Origin: Dyella sp.
GTDB taxonomy: Bacteria; Pseudomonadota; Gammaproteobacteria; Xanthomonadales; Rhodanobacteraceae
Direction of reading: 5' to 3'
Assembly: GCF_035508675.1 (NCBI RefSeq)
Contig: NZ_DATJMN010000008.1
Span: 1 to 62,080, forward strand
Length of the DNA: 62,080 bases
Shown here piece by piece: positions 18,835 to 29,168 of the stretch. Below the pieces are notes generated by a model that was not told the DNA's origin, ran no database searches, and saw only the letters and a program-made list of their open reading frames with translations. A program made the position numbers and the translations under genes. Each line of letters starts with the position of its first letter. Position 1 is the first letter of the stretch.

Positions 18835-19593
18835 ATGGCCAACTGGATCCCCCTGTGGTTGCACAAACTCAGCTCGCCGCCGGTGTTCTATCGCTTTGCC
18901 GGCACGCTGCGGCCATGGGCGATTGCGTTGGCCCTGCTTCTGGGCCTCCTCGCGCTGTACGGCGGCCTGGTGCTGGCGCCACCGGATTACCAGCAGGGCG
19001 ATGACTACCGCATCATCTTCATCCACGTGCCCTGTGCCTGGATGAGCCTGTTCATCTACGGGGTAATGGGTGTTGCCGCCTTCATCGCGCTGGTATGGCG
19101 CATCAAGCTGGCCGAAGTGGTGGCGATGGCGTCCGCGCCGATCGGCGCTGCGTTCACCTTCATCACCCTGGTGACCGGTTCGTTGTGGGGCGTGCGCATG
19201 TGGGGCACGTGGTGGACCTGGGATGCACGACTGACCTCCGAATTGGTGCTGCTGTTCCTGTACCTGGGCGTGATTGCGCTGTATCACTCGTTTGAGGATC
19301 GCCGCCAGGGCGCACGCACAGCGGCGTTTCTCGCCTTGATCGGCATCGTCAACGTGCCGATCGTGCATTTCTCGGTGAACTGGTGGAACACCTTGCACCA
19401 GGGTTCCACCATCAGGCTGCTCGGTCCGTCCACCATTGCGCCGTCGATGGTATGGCCGCTGCTCACCATGGTGGTTGCCACCAAGCTGTATTACATCGCC
19501 AGCCTGTGCGGCCGTGCGCGTGCCGATCTGCTGTCGCTGGAAGGCAGCAAGGATTGGGTGCGGCAGATTGCCGAGCACGAGGTGCGCGGATGA
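18835..19593 (+). CDS. ccmC: Heme exporter CcmC
   Basis: HVP, WGTWWTWDARLTS, WWNTLHQ. Confidence 0.95.
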   Translation: MANWIPLWLHKLSSPPVFYRFAGTLRPWAIALALLLGLLALYGGLVLAPPDYQQGDDYRIIFIHVPCAWMSLFIYGVMGVAAFIALVWRIKLAEVVAMASAPIGAAFTFITLVTGSLWGVRMWGTWWTWDARLTSELVLLFLYLGVIALYHSFEDRRQGARTAAFLALIGIVNVPIVHFSVNWWNTLHQGSTIRLLGPSTIAPSMVWPLLTMVVATKLYYIASLCGRARADLLSLEGSKDWVRQIAEHEVRG

Positions 19594-19802
19594 ATGCTGC
19601 ATCCTTGCAATCCTTCCTGGCCATGGGCGGCTATGCGGTATATGTGTGGCCGGCCTATAGCGTGTTCTTCATCGTGCTGTTGATCGACTGGCTCGCGCCG
19701 CTGCTTCGCCGCCGCCGGCTGTTGCGCGAATTGCGCGCACGCATGGCGCGGCAGGATGCGCGCAAAGAGCGCACGAACCGACCTTCTGCAGCTTCAACCT
19801 AA
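19590..19802 (+). CDS. ccmD: Heme exporter CcmD
   Basis: [15 protein letters not shown]. Confidence 0.92.
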   Translation: MNAASLQSFLAMGGYAVYVWPAYSVFFIVLLIDWLAPLLRRRRLLRELRARMARQDARKERTNRPSAAST

Positions 19803-19810
19803 GCGTATCC

Positions 19811-20281
19811 ATGAACCCCACGCGTCAACGCCGGCTAACCATCATCCTCGCTATTCTCGCTGCCGTGATCGTGGCGGCAGCCTTGGTGGTCTACGCGCTA
19901 CAGCAAAACATGAATTACCTGTTTACGCCGAGCCAGGTGCAGGCAGGGGAAGCGGCGTCCTACAAGACCTTCCGCCTTGGCGGCATGGTCAAGGCCGGTT
20001 CGATCCAGCGCAGCAGCGATTCGCTGAAAGTCACCTTCACCGTGGTCGATGCAGGCGGCGCGATGCCAGTGGAATACAACGGCATCCTGCCGGACCTGTT
20101 TCGCGAGAACCAATCGGTGATCACCACCGGCCATATGGATGGCGCCCGCTTCATCGCTACCGAAGTGCTGGCCAAGCACGACGAAACCTACATGCCGAAA
20201 GAGCTGAAGGATGCAATGGCCAAGGCGCATGCCGGCAAGCATATCGATGAAACCGCCAATCAGGATAAGCCGCAGCCATGA
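19811..20281 (+). CDS. ccmE: Heme chaperone CcmE
   Basis: [21 protein letters not shown]. Confidence 0.96.
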   Translation: MNPTRQRRLTIILAILAAVIVAAALVVYALQQNMNYLFTPSQVQAGEAASYKTFRLGGMVKAGSIQRSSDSLKVTFTVVDAGGAMPVEYNGILPDLFRENQSVITTGHMDGARFIATEVLAKHDETYMPKELKDAMAKAHAGKHIDETANQDKPQP

Positions 20282-22251
20282 CCCCCGAACTCGGCCAGCT
20301 TGCACTCATTCTTGCGTTGTTTCTCGCGCTGGCGCAGAGCGTGCTGCCACTGATCGGAGCGTGGCGCGGCAACCGTGCTTTGATGGCGGTGGCGCGTCCG
20401 GCTGCGACCGGGCAAGCGGTGTTCGTGGCATTGGCGTTCGTGATTCTTGTATCGGCGTTTCTGCGCTTTGATTTTTCCGTGCAGTACGTGGCCGACAATT
20501 CGAATCTGCAACTGCCCTGGTATTACCGCATCGCCGCGGTGTGGGGTGCGCACGAAGGCTCGATGCTGTTGTGGGTGCTGATCCTCAATGTGTGGACCGT
20601 GGCGCTCACGCTGTTCAGCCGCCGCCTGCCGGATGCGTTTCTGGCGCGCGTGCTGGGCGTGCTCGGCATCATCTCGACCGGGTTTCTGTGCTTCATCCTG
20701 TTCACCTCCAACCCCTTCGCGCGCCTGCTGCCGATGCCGCCGGACGGCGCGGACCTCAATCCGGTCCTGCAAGACCCTGGCATGACCTTCCATCCACCCG
20801 TGCTGTACATGGGTTATGTGGGTTTCTCGGTGGCGTTCGCGTTTTCCATTGCCGCCTTGCTTGGTGGCTCCATGGAACAAAGCTGGGTGCGCTGGGCGCG
20901 GCCGTGGACCAACGCCGCGTGGGGATTTCTTTCCTGCGGCATCGTCGCCGGCAGCTGGTGGGCCTATGCAGAATTGGGCTGGGGCGGCTGGTGGTTCTGG
21001 GACCCGGTGGAGAACGCCAGCTTCATGCCGTGGCTGGTGGGTGTGGCGCTGATCCATGCACAGGCAGTCACGGAGAAACGCGGCTCGCTGCGTGCGTGGA
21101 CCATCCTGCTGTCGCTGTTCGCCTTCTCGCTGTCGCTGCTGGGCACGTTTTTGGTGCGCTCGGGCATTCTCACCTCGGTGCACGCGTTTGCCTCCGATCC
21201 GCGCCGCGGCACCTTCATCCTCGGCTTTCTCGCCGTGGTGGTCGGCGGCTCCTTGCTGCTGTATGCGCTGCGCGCGCCGAAGGTGGCTGGCGGCAAGGCG
21301 TTTGCGCTGGTCTCGCGCGAAAGCGCGATCCTGATTGGCAACCTGATGTTCACCGTGGCCGCGGCCATGGTGATGCTAGGCACGCTATTCCCGCTGCTGG
21401 GTGATGCCTTGAACCTGGGCAAGATCTCGGTCGGACCGCCCTACTTCGGCCTGCTGTTTCCCTTGCTGATGCTCCCCGTGGTGCTGCTGCTGCCGTTCGG
21501 CCCTTACCTGCGCTGGGGCAACAGCGAAGCGCCCGTGCTCAAGCAAGTGCTGGTGCGCGCAGCCATCGCCGCGGCGGCCTGCGCGGTGATCGCGGCGTTC
21601 TTCGTACAAGGCCAGCTGAAGGCCATCGCCGGCGTGGCCGGCGCCGTGTGGGTGGGCGTCGGCGTGGTGCTGTACATCGTCAAGCGCTGGCGCGACATGT
21701 CGCGCGGGCGCCGCTATCCCGCCGAGATGGCCGGCATGCTGCTGGCGCACTTTGGCGTCGCGGTATTCCTGATCGGCGTGATGCTGTCCGAGTCGCTGAG
21801 CGTGACGCGCGACGTGCGCCTGTCGCCAGGACAAGTCGCCACCGTCGGCGGCTATGAATTTCGTTTCGACGGCGTAAGCCAAACCACCGGTCCGAATTGG
21901 ACCGCGGAACAAGGCGTGGTGACGGTGACCCGCAACGGCGCGCCGGTAGCTGTCATGCATCCGCAGAAACGCACCTACGCACACGAACAGGTGCAGACCA
22001 CCTCGGCCATCGATCCGGGCATTACCCGCGACATCTATGTGGCATTGGGCGAGCCCATGGACCCGAACCACGTGTCAGGCGCGTGGGCTTTGCGCCTGTA
22101 TACCAAGCCGTTCGTGCGCTGGATTTGGGGCGGTGGCCTGTTCATGATGCTGGGCGGCTTCGTCAGCGCCGCAGACCGCCGCTTCCGCGTGAAGCGCGAG
22201 GTGGAAGCCACGCAGGCCGTCACCGCCACGCTGCAGGAATCGCAGGCATGA
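20278..22251 (+). CDS. ccmF: Heme lyase CcmF
   Basis: [24 protein letters not shown]. Confidence 0.97.
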   Translation: MTPELGQLALILALFLALAQSVLPLIGAWRGNRALMAVARPAATGQAVFVALAFVILVSAFLRFDFSVQYVADNSNLQLPWYYRIAAVWGAHEGSMLLWVLILNVWTVALTLFSRRLPDAFLARVLGVLGIISTGFLCFILFTSNPFARLLPMPPDGADLNPVLQDPGMTFHPPVLYMGYVGFSVAFAFSIAALLGGSMEQSWVRWARPWTNAAWGFLSCGIVAGSWWAYAELGWGGWWFWDPVENASFMPWLVGVALIHAQAVTEKRGSLRAWTILLSLFAFSLSLLGTFLVRSGILTSVHAFASDPRRGTFILGFLAVVVGGSLLLYALRAPKVAGGKAFALVSRESAILIGNLMFTVAAAMVMLGTLFPLLGDALNLGKISVGPPYFGLLFPLLMLPVVLLLPFGPYLRWGNSEAPVLKQVLVRAAIAAAACAVIAAFFVQGQLKAIAGVAGAVWVGVGVVLYIVKRWRDMSRGRRYPAEMAGMLLAHFGVAVFLIGVMLSESLSVTRDVRLSPGQVATVGGYEFRFDGVSQTTGPNWTAEQGVVTVTRNGAPVAVMHPQKRTYAHEQVQTTSAIDPGITRDIYVALGEPMDPNHVSGAWALRLYTKPFVRWIWGGGLFMMLGGFVSAADRRFRVKREVEATQAVTATLQESQA

Positions 22252-22790
22252 GCCGATTGCTGCCGTTCTTCGCGTTCATGCTGCTGGCGGCGTTGCTCGG
22301 CTTCGGCATCTGGTGGAACAGCGCGCACGATCCCACCGCCGTGCCTTCGCCGCTGATCAACAAGCCGGCGCCCGACTTTGCACTGCCCATGCTGGACACG
22401 CCGGCCAAGACGGTGAGCAAGCAATCGCTGCTGGGCAAGCCTTACCTGGTGAACGTGTTCGCCAGCTGGTGCTTCGCCTGCGGCGAAGAGCATCCGGTGC
22501 TGATGGCCGAATCCAAAGACCTCGGCGTTCCGCTGATCGGCTACGACTACAAGGACGATCCCCAGGACGCGAAAGCCTGGCTGGCGCAACACGGCAATCC
22601 CTACGACATGGTGATCGCCGACACCAGCGGCCATACCGCGATCGACTTCGGCGTGTACGGTGCACCGGAAACCTTTCTGATCGACGGCAAGGGCGTGATC
22701 CGCTACAAGCGCATCGGCCCGCTGACGCCGGAGGTGATTGCGCAGCAGCTCAAGCCGGCGATCGAGGCGTTGCAGAAGGAGGCGCCGTAA
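22248..22790 (+). CDS. ccmG: Thiol:disulfide interchange protein CcmG/DsbE
   Basis: ASWCFAC..EHP, GVYGAPETF. Confidence 0.94.
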   Translation: MSRLLPFFAFMLLAALLGFGIWWNSAHDPTAVPSPLINKPAPDFALPMLDTPAKTVSKQSLLGKPYLVNVFASWCFACGEEHPVLMAESKDLGVPLIGYDYKDDPQDAKAWLAQHGNPYDMVIADTSGHTAIDFGVYGAPETFLIDGKGVIRYKRIGPLTPEVIAQQLKPAIEALQKEAP

Positions 22791-23236
22791 TGGCGAAGCT
22801 TCTGCGCACTGCCGTTCTGCTGCTCGTCACTTTCGCCGGGATCGCAGCGGCGCAAGCCATCGATCCGCTGCCCTTCCGCGACCACGCCGAAGAACTGCGC
22901 TTCCAGCATCTCACCAGTGAACTGCGCTGCCTGGTCTGCCAGGACGAAAACCTGGCCGACTCCAACGCCGACTTCGCGCGCGACCTGCGCCACAAGGTGT
23001 TCGAGCTGATGCAGCAGGGCAAGAACGACGCGCAGATCAAGCAGTACCTGGTTGACCGCTATTCCGACTTCGTGCTGTACGACCCGCCGGTCAATCACCG
23101 CACCTGGCTGCTGTGGTTCGGCCCGCTATTGATCCTGATCGCCGGCGCCCTGGTGGTTGCCAACACTATCCGCAAACGCAGCCGGTCCGGCGCCCCCGCC
23201 GCCGCTGCACCCACCGAGAACGGGGACGATTGGTGA
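22790..23236 (+). CDS. ccmH: Cytochrome c biogenesis protein CcmH
   Basis: LRCLVCQ, RYSDFVLYDPP. Confidence 0.94.
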   Translation: MAKLLRTAVLLLVTFAGIAAAQAIDPLPFRDHAEELRFQHLTSELRCLVCQDENLADSNADFARDLRHKVFELMQQGKNDAQIKQYLVDRYSDFVLYDPPVNHRTWLLWFGPLLILIAGALVVANTIRKRSRSGAPAAAAPTENGDDW

Positions 23237-24282
23237 AACCGCTTTTCTACATGGCCGCCGCAGTGATGATCGCTGTGGCGCTGGCGTTGCTGTTGCTGCC
23301 GTTGTTGCGGCATGGGCGGCAAGCAGGCCGCCCGCGCAGCCTGTTCGTGCTGATGCTGTGCATCGCGCTGGTCGTTCCGATCGGGGCGGCGCTGCTGTAT
23401 TGGCGCATCGGCACACCGGTTGCGCTCAATGGCGTACCCACCCAGACGCAGACGATTACCGACGTCAACAAGGCGCTGGACGAACTGCGCGCGCACTTGG
23501 CCGCACAACCGAACGACGTGCAAGGCTGGCTGCTGCTGGCGCAAGCTGATATGGACATGCAGCAGCCGGACCAGGCGCGTGACGCCTACGAACAGGTGCT
23601 GAAGCTCAAGCCGGACAACACCACTGCCATGGTCGGCTGGGCGCAGGCCGACTCCACCGCAAGCCCAGACCACCACATCAGCGATCGAGGACGCGCATTG
23701 CTGGAACGCGCCGTGCAGCTGGAACCGGATAACCAGCGCGGACTGTGGCTGCTGGGCATCAGCGATTTCCAGCAAGGCCGCTTTGCCGAAGCCGCATCCA
23801 CCTGGCGCACCCTGCAGCCCATGCTGCAGGCGGGCTCCACCGTCGCCCAGGCGGTTGCGCAGCAGATCGCCATGGCGGACGCGCGCGCCGGCGCGCCGGT
23901 TGCTTCCTCAAGCATGGCGGCACCGCCGTCGTCCGGGCCTGCCTTGCAGGTAAACGTGAGCGTGGCGCCCGCGCTCAAGGCCAAACTTGCCGCCGGCGAT
24001 ACACTGTTCGTCTACGCCCGCGCGAAAAACGGCCCGCCCATGCCGCTGGCCGTGACCCGGCTCGATGCCAGGCAGTTGCCCGCCACCGTCACGCTGACCG
24101 ATGCCATGAGCATGTTGCCGTCGATGAAACTCTCCTCGGTGCCGCGCGTGGTGATCGGCGCGCGCATCAGCCATAGCGGCAATGCCATGCCGCAGGCGGG
24201 GGACCTGGAAGGCGACGGCGGCACGGTCGATGTGGATAGCAGGACGCCGGTGAAAGTCGTCATCGACAAAGTGCATGATTGA
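23233..24282 (+). CDS. ccmI: Cytochrome c biogenesis TPR protein CcmI/CycH
   Basis: Two TMs, TPRs, LFVYARA..GPPMPLAV, ARISHSG; GTG start overlapping ccmH stop. Confidence 0.88.
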   Translation: MKPLFYMAAAVMIAVALALLLLPLLRHGRQAGRPRSLFVLMLCIALVVPIGAALLYWRIGTPVALNGVPTQTQTITDVNKALDELRAHLAAQPNDVQGWLLLAQADMDMQQPDQARDAYEQVLKLKPDNTTAMVGWAQADSTASPDHHISDRGRALLERAVQLEPDNQRGLWLLGISDFQQGRFAEAASTWRTLQPMLQAGSTVAQAVAQQIAMADARAGAPVASSSMAAPPSSGPALQVNVSVAPALKAKLAAGDTLFVYARAKNGPPMPLAVTRLDARQLPATVTLTDAMSMLPSMKLSSVPRVVIGARISHSGNAMPQAGDLEGDGGTVDVDSRTPVKVVIDKVHD

Positions 24283-24391
24283 AAATCGGTTAGCGTTTAT
24301 GCCGTTTCGTGCTGTCTGATGTCCTGATCGTCATGCCGGCGCAGGCCCGAATCCAGTACAACACGCCGTTCGAACCACTCCGCAGGCCTAC

Positions 24392-25492
24392 ATGAGCGAC
24401 GCACGCCAATACTTCAGCCTGCCCTCCCCGTTCGCCATGAAACGCGGCGGCAGCTTGCATCATGCACACATTGCCTACGAAACCTGGGGCAGTTTGAACG
24501 CCGCGCACGACAACGCCGTGCTGATCTTCACCGGCCTGTCGCCGAGTGCGCATGCCGCATCCAACGCACAGGACCCTTCGCATGGCTGGTGGGAAGACAT
24601 GCTCGGCCCCGGCAAGGCGATCGATACCCACCGCTGGTTCGTGATCTGCGTGAATTCGCTGGGCAGCGACAAAGGTTCCACCTGCCCCGCGTCCATCGAT
24701 CCGGCGACCGGCCAGCCATATCGGCTCAGCTTTCCCGACCTTTCGCTGGAAGATGTAGCCAATGCCGCCCACGCACTGATCAGCAGCCTGGGCATCGAGC
24801 AGCTCGCCTGCCTGATCGGCTGTTCGATGGGCGGCATGAGCGCGCTCGGCTACATGGTGCTGCACCCCGGTAGCGTGCGCGCGCACATCAGCGTGGACAC
24901 TGCGCCGCAAGCGCAACCCTTTGCCATTGCCATCCGCTCGCTGCAACGCGAAGCCATCCGGCTCGATCCGAACTGGAATGGCGGCCATTACAACACCGAG
25001 CGCTATCCGGACATCGGCATGAGCATCGCGCGCAAACTTGGCGTGATCACCTACCGTTCCGCGATGGAATGGAACGGCCGCTTCGCGCGCATCCGGCTCG
25101 ATCCCGAGCAGCGCGAAGAACAGCCCTTCGGTGTCGAATTCCAAGTGGAGTCCTATCTCGAAGGCCATGCGCGGCGCTTCGTGCGCACCTTCGATCCCAA
25201 CAGTTATCTCTATCTTTCGCGCGCCAGCGACTGGTTCGACATCGCCGAGTACGGCAATGGCAGCGTGCTGGAAGGATTGAAGCGCATCCACATCGCGCAG
25301 GCGCTGGTGATCGGCGTCAGCACCGACATCCTGTTTCCGCTGGAGCAGCAGGAGCAGATTGCCGAAGGCCTGGAGGCCGCCGGCGCCAAAGTGGACTTCG
25401 TGGCGCTCGACTCGCCGCAAGGCCACGATGCCTTCCTGGTGGATATCGAGAATTACAGCCGCGCGATCGGCGGATTTCTCTCACGCCTGTAA
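24392..25492 (+). CDS. metX: MetX-family acyltransferase, probably the serine O-succinyltransferase subtype
   Basis: IAYETWG, TGLSPSAHA, GCSMGG nucleophile, DILFP, GHDAFL. Confidence 0.85.
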   Translation: MSDARQYFSLPSPFAMKRGGSLHHAHIAYETWGSLNAAHDNAVLIFTGLSPSAHAASNAQDPSHGWWEDMLGPGKAIDTHRWFVICVNSLGSDKGSTCPASIDPATGQPYRLSFPDLSLEDVANAAHALISSLGIEQLACLIGCSMGGMSALGYMVLHPGSVRAHISVDTAPQAQPFAIAIRSLQREAIRLDPNWNGGHYNTERYPDIGMSIARKLGVITYRSAMEWNGRFARIRLDPEQREEQPFGVEFQVESYLEGHARRFVRTFDPNSYLYLSRASDWFDIAEYGNGSVLEGLKRIHIAQALVIGVSTDILFPLEQQEQIAEGLEAAGAKVDFVALDSPQGHDAFLVDIENYSRAIGGFLSRL

Positions 25493-25834
25493 TGGCGTCG
25501 GGACGTGCGTCTCAAGCGGAAACTCCAGCGACCTGAACTCGGCGAACATCTTTTCCGCCTCCGGCAGCTCGCGCAGCGGCACGTACTCGCAGACGGCCGC
25601 AAAACGCTCCCACAGGTCGACCACGCGCGCACTGGTATGGGCCTCCTCGATGGCGCCGTCCTTCCACTCGAACACCTCGACGATGATGCCGTCCAGTCCG
25701 CGCATCGCCTGGGCGGGCCGGTCGGTGACCAGTCCCAGCGTGCGCAGGCATGGCACGTGCTCGCGAACCAGGGCCTCAAGCTCCTCCGCGCACCCCGGTT
25801 TCGGACGGTACGCTACAATCACCATCACACCCAT
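25481..25834 (-). CDS. Hypothetical small alpha/beta (ABM-like) protein
   Basis: VAYRPKPG...EVFEW pattern; GAGGGG RBS. Confidence 0.7.
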   Translation of the reverse strand: MGVMVIVAYRPKPGCAEELEALVREHVPCLRTLGLVTDRPAQAMRGLDGIIVEVFEWKDGAIEEAHTSARVVDLWERFAAVCEYVPLRELPEAEKMFAEFRSLEFPLETHVPTPLQA

Positions 25835-25944
25835 GTGACGCTCCCCTCGGCAATTTGAGGGAAGGCTAGCAGAGAAGCTTCAAGCCGGCGTCAAGGCCCT
25901 GGCTTGCACGGGTGGCAAGCCTTTCAGATTGATCGAGACCATCG

Positions 25945-26532
25945 ATGCTCACCACCGAATTCCCCGGCTGTCGGAAACTCATTCAGGCGATCGACACGGC
26001 TGTCGCCAAGGCCTCCACCCCCGCCATCACCGACAGCCTGCGCAACAGCCTGTGCAAGTTGATCCAGGGCCAGGAAATCGTGCTGCCCGCGTGCGTCTTC
26101 GAGACCGCCGAGGACCGCTACGCACGCCGCGAGCTGTACCACAGCGACGAATACGGGTACTGCGTGGTGGCCATGACCTGGGGCCCCGGCCAAGGCACCC
26201 CCATCCACGACCATTGCGGCATGTGGTGCGTGGAAGGCGTCTGTAGCGGCGCGCTGGAGGTGGTCCAATACGAACGCCTGCCCGCCGGCGACCAGAACGA
26301 CACGTACCGCTTCCAGCCGGTCGGCTCCATCCAGGCCGGCCCGGGCTCCGCCGGCAGCCTGATCCCGCCGCACGAATACCACACCATCCGCAACCCCAGC
26401 GAGGATGCCATCGCGGTGAGCCTGCACATCTACTCCGGCAACATGACCCACTGCGCCGTGTTCCAGCCCAAGGACGGCGACCGCTGCTACGAACGCCAGG
26501 ACCGCCAGCTGAGTCTCGACCCGGTGAACTGA
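25945..26532 (+). CDS. Cysteine dioxygenase family cupin
   Basis: WGPGQGTPIHDH, distal His (EYH), SLHIY. Confidence 0.88.
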   Translation: MLTTEFPGCRKLIQAIDTAVAKASTPAITDSLRNSLCKLIQGQEIVLPACVFETAEDRYARRELYHSDEYGYCVVAMTWGPGQGTPIHDHCGMWCVEGVCSGALEVVQYERLPAGDQNDTYRFQPVGSIQAGPGSAGSLIPPHEYHTIRNPSEDAIAVSLHIYSGNMTHCAVFQPKDGDRCYERQDRQLSLDPVN

Positions 26533-26558
26533 AACCGGCATAATAGGCGTTCGCACTT

Positions 26559-26644
26559 GCCGGTGTGGCGGAATGGTAGACGCGGCGGACTCAAAATCCG
26601 CTTCTGGCGACAGAGTGTAGGTTCAAGTCCTATCACCGGTACCA
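26559..26644 (+). tRNA. tRNA-Leu(CAA)
   Basis: Acceptor GCCGGTG/CACCGGT-A-CCA, anticodon arm GCGGA-CTCAAAA-TCCGC, long variable arm, GGTTCAAGTCC. Confidence 0.97.
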
Positions 26645-26653
26645 AGTGACATG

Positions 26654-26680
26654 AAGGCCGCTTTCGCGGCCTTTGTTTTT
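26654..26680 (+). terminator. Intrinsic terminator after tRNA-Leu
   Basis: AAGGCCGC-TTTC-GCGGCCTT followed by TGTTTTT. Confidence 0.8.
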
Positions 26681-26704
26681 AAGCTATCTGCGCCAATCCG
26701 CTGA

Positions 26705-26941
26705 TCAAGCTGCTACGCGGATGCCCGGCACGTGTGCACGCCGCGCTGGAGATACCACGATCTCAACGTGTTGATCGAAGGCGACCAGTGCTCGCATCAG
26801 CCGTTCAAGCGAGATGTTCTGCAATTTGCAGCGGCGAACCTGGGACACCTTCGGCTGCGTCATGTCCGTGATGGCTGCCACCTCCGTCTGGCTGAGTCCG
26901 CGCTGGTCGATCAGCTTGCTGAGCTTGAATGCAAGCATCAC
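26705..26941 (-). pseudogene. 5'-truncated XRE/HigA-like HTH antitoxin remnant
   Basis: LSQTEVAA....QPKVS......ISLERL...V.I.V typical of HTH_37 proteins. The usual N-terminal segment and the upstream toxin are absent; in-frame stop just upstream. Confidence 0.6.
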
Positions 26942-27106
26942 AGTCGGTCGAACTCTGTAACTTCAGCTGCGCACGTCAGTTGATTGCCCAGCCAACGGAC
27001 AACCATGTCGAACCGCAATCACTGAAATACGATTCCACCCCGTTTTGCACGAACCGATGCGGGAATAGAGTGCTCACGTCCCACGTGCATCTCAAAAGGA
27101 ATCCCC

Positions 27107-27667
27107 ATGCATTCGTATCAAAGGTTTTTTGTATTGGGCGTCGCGGCGTTCGCCTTGGCGGCGCCTGCTGTTCAGGCCGCCACGTCGGCGCAGGAAAAGG
27201 CGCAACAGACATCCGACGCAGCCAGCATGTCCATGGCCGTCCCCTCGTGGCTGGTCGGCACGTGGACGCTGGTGCGTTGTGACAACGTGTATCCCGATGG
27301 GCATCGCGTCGAATTGTACGGGCCGCATCCGCAGGGCATGTGGATGATCGACGCCAAGGGCCATTACATGATGCAGATCGCTCGCGTGCAACGTACGCCA
27401 TTCGCCACCGGTGACAAGTCGAAAGGTACGCCGGCGGAATATCGCGCCGCTTCGCTGGACAGCAATGCGCACTTCGGCAGCATCAGCATTCAGGGCGGCC
27501 GGATGGTGACGCACATCGAACAGGCATCCTTTCCCAACTGGAATGGCCGTAGCAGCAAGACCAGCTACACCCTCAACGGCAATCAGCTCACCTATGTCGT
27601 GGCCAAGCCCAGCAGTGGTGCGTCGCAGGGCGCGCATGGCGAAGTGACCTGGCAACGAATGGAATAA
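27107..27667 (+). CDS. Secreted lipocalin-like domain protein
   Basis: Signal peptide, LVGTWTLV, YGPHPQG, ASFPNWNG, terminal WQR; AGGA RBS. Confidence 0.82.
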   Translation: MHSYQRFFVLGVAAFALAAPAVQAATSAQEKAQQTSDAASMSMAVPSWLVGTWTLVRCDNVYPDGHRVELYGPHPQGMWMIDAKGHYMMQIARVQRTPFATGDKSKGTPAEYRAASLDSNAHFGSISIQGGRMVTHIEQASFPNWNGRSSKTSYTLNGNQLTYVVAKPSSGASQGAHGEVTWQRME

Positions 27668-27710
27668 AGCGGGCAGCCCGCGGCCCCGGCGTAGGCCGGG
27701 CCGTGAATCG

Positions 27711-28565
27711 CTATGCCGCCGAAAGGTTCTTGAACGCCATGGTCAAGGTACGCATGGCGTTACGCGAGCGGTGATCGTTGAGCGCCGTGTACAGCACCAC
27801 ATCCTGGCTAGGCAGCGACGGCAGCGACAATGCCGGACCGACATCGGTGGTGCCACTGGGCGCCGTACGCCGCGTCATCACCGCGATCGCCAATCCTGCT
27901 GCCGCGGCGGCACCGACCACCGCAGCGCCCTTGCCGATAAACACTTCGGTCCACGCGATACCGGCCTGGTCCAGCGCACGCACGGCCGCGGCACGGATGC
28001 CGCACGATTCGCCTTGCGTGGATAGCGGCAAAGGCTGGCCAGGGCGAAGCTCCCAGTTTACGGCACCGATCCAGGCAAAATTTTCGGTGAAGATGGTTTC
28101 GCCTTGGTTGCGGCGATTGTCCGCCTGCAGCACCAGCGCGGCATCAAGCGTGCCTTCCTCATACGCCTGCATCACTTCGCGCGACCCGGCCACGCGCATC
28201 TCGATCAAAAGGTGCGGATCGTGCTCATTCATGCGGCGCAACAACGCCGGCAGCTCGCTGCCGACGATCAGTTGGCTGATGCCGATCGTCAGCCGCCGCT
28301 GCTCGACCTGGAACGAAGCGATGGCGCGCTCATGCGCGCCGACGAGCGAGCGCGCCGCATCGAGAAAAATGCCGCCCTCCGCGGACAGGCGCACCTGCCG
28401 TGGCGTACGTTCCAGCAAGCGCCGGCCGAGCTGTTCTTCCAGGCGCCGCAGCTTCAGGCTGAGCGCGGACTGGGTGGTATCGAGCACCTCCGCGGCGCGC
28501 GTGAAGCTCTGCAAATCGGCAATAAACACAAACGCTTTGACGGCGTCGAGATCCAGCGCTTTCAT
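27711..28565 (-). CDS. LysR-family regulator
   Basis: SFTRAAEVLDTTQSALSLKLRRLEEQLG..LLERT. Confidence 0.92.
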   Translation of the reverse strand: MKALDLDAVKAFVFIADLQSFTRAAEVLDTTQSALSLKLRRLEEQLGRRLLERTPRQVRLSAEGGIFLDAARSLVGAHERAIASFQVEQRRLTIGISQLIVGSELPALLRRMNEHDPHLLIEMRVAGSREVMQAYEEGTLDAALVLQADNRRNQGETIFTENFAWIGAVNWELRPGQPLPLSTQGESCGIRAAAVRALDQAGIAWTEVFIGKGAAVVGAAAAAGLAIAVMTRRTAPSGTTDVGPALSLPSLPSQDVVLYTALNDHRSRNAMRTLTMAFKNLSAA

Positions 28566-28797
28566 GGTTTCATCACAACGTTTTGCAATCGCTGGAATAT
28601 ACATCCATGGCGTTTGGCCATGCATGGGCTAAACGCTTGCGCTCCCGCCCGGCTTGAACGCCAATCCGGCCAATGCGCGCGAACAGCGCTTCGTCGATGT
28701 GCCGGCGCTTCCGGCCCGGTCTTGCACACACCCACAGGGCGATCGCAGTGACGCCGACGATGCCGTTGGTATCGCCGAATGGAAACAGGTTGGCGAA

Positions 28798-29127
28798 TCA
28801 GTACCGCAACGTCATCGTCAGATGATACGCAGCGTCATTTATCTTCTCGCTCGGATTGCGTCCGCAATATTCGTCCAGAAAACTTCTGACGGCAGTTCCA
28901 TCCGCCTGTTTCAACCGAAAGCCGGCCATGCTGGCGGCCGTGATGAAGCCCTGCGTCCAGTCGACTAGCGGCGTGTAGTTGAAGAAATCCCCTGTCTTCC
29001 TCGCTTCAACCCAATCGCCGCAGGATGCATTGCCCGCGCCGTAAACCATTCCATCGTCATCCGCCCGTGCGGACATGGATGAGCACACGGCCCAGACGAC
29101 CAGTAGCACAGCCAAGGTCAACTTCAT
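28798..29127 (-). CDS. Hypothetical secreted two-Cys helical protein (HdeA/Rap1a-like pattern)
   Basis: Signal peptide; GAGNASCGDW...WTQGF...LDEYCGRNP; GAGGA RBS. Confidence 0.65.
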   Translation of the reverse strand: MKLTLAVLLVVWAVCSSMSARADDDGMVYGAGNASCGDWVEARKTGDFFNYTPLVDWTQGFITAASMAGFRLKQADGTAVRSFLDEYCGRNPSEKINDAAYHLTMTLRY

Positions 29128-29168
29128 AACCCTTCCTCTATCGATAATCCAGTTGAACCAAAACCCGC

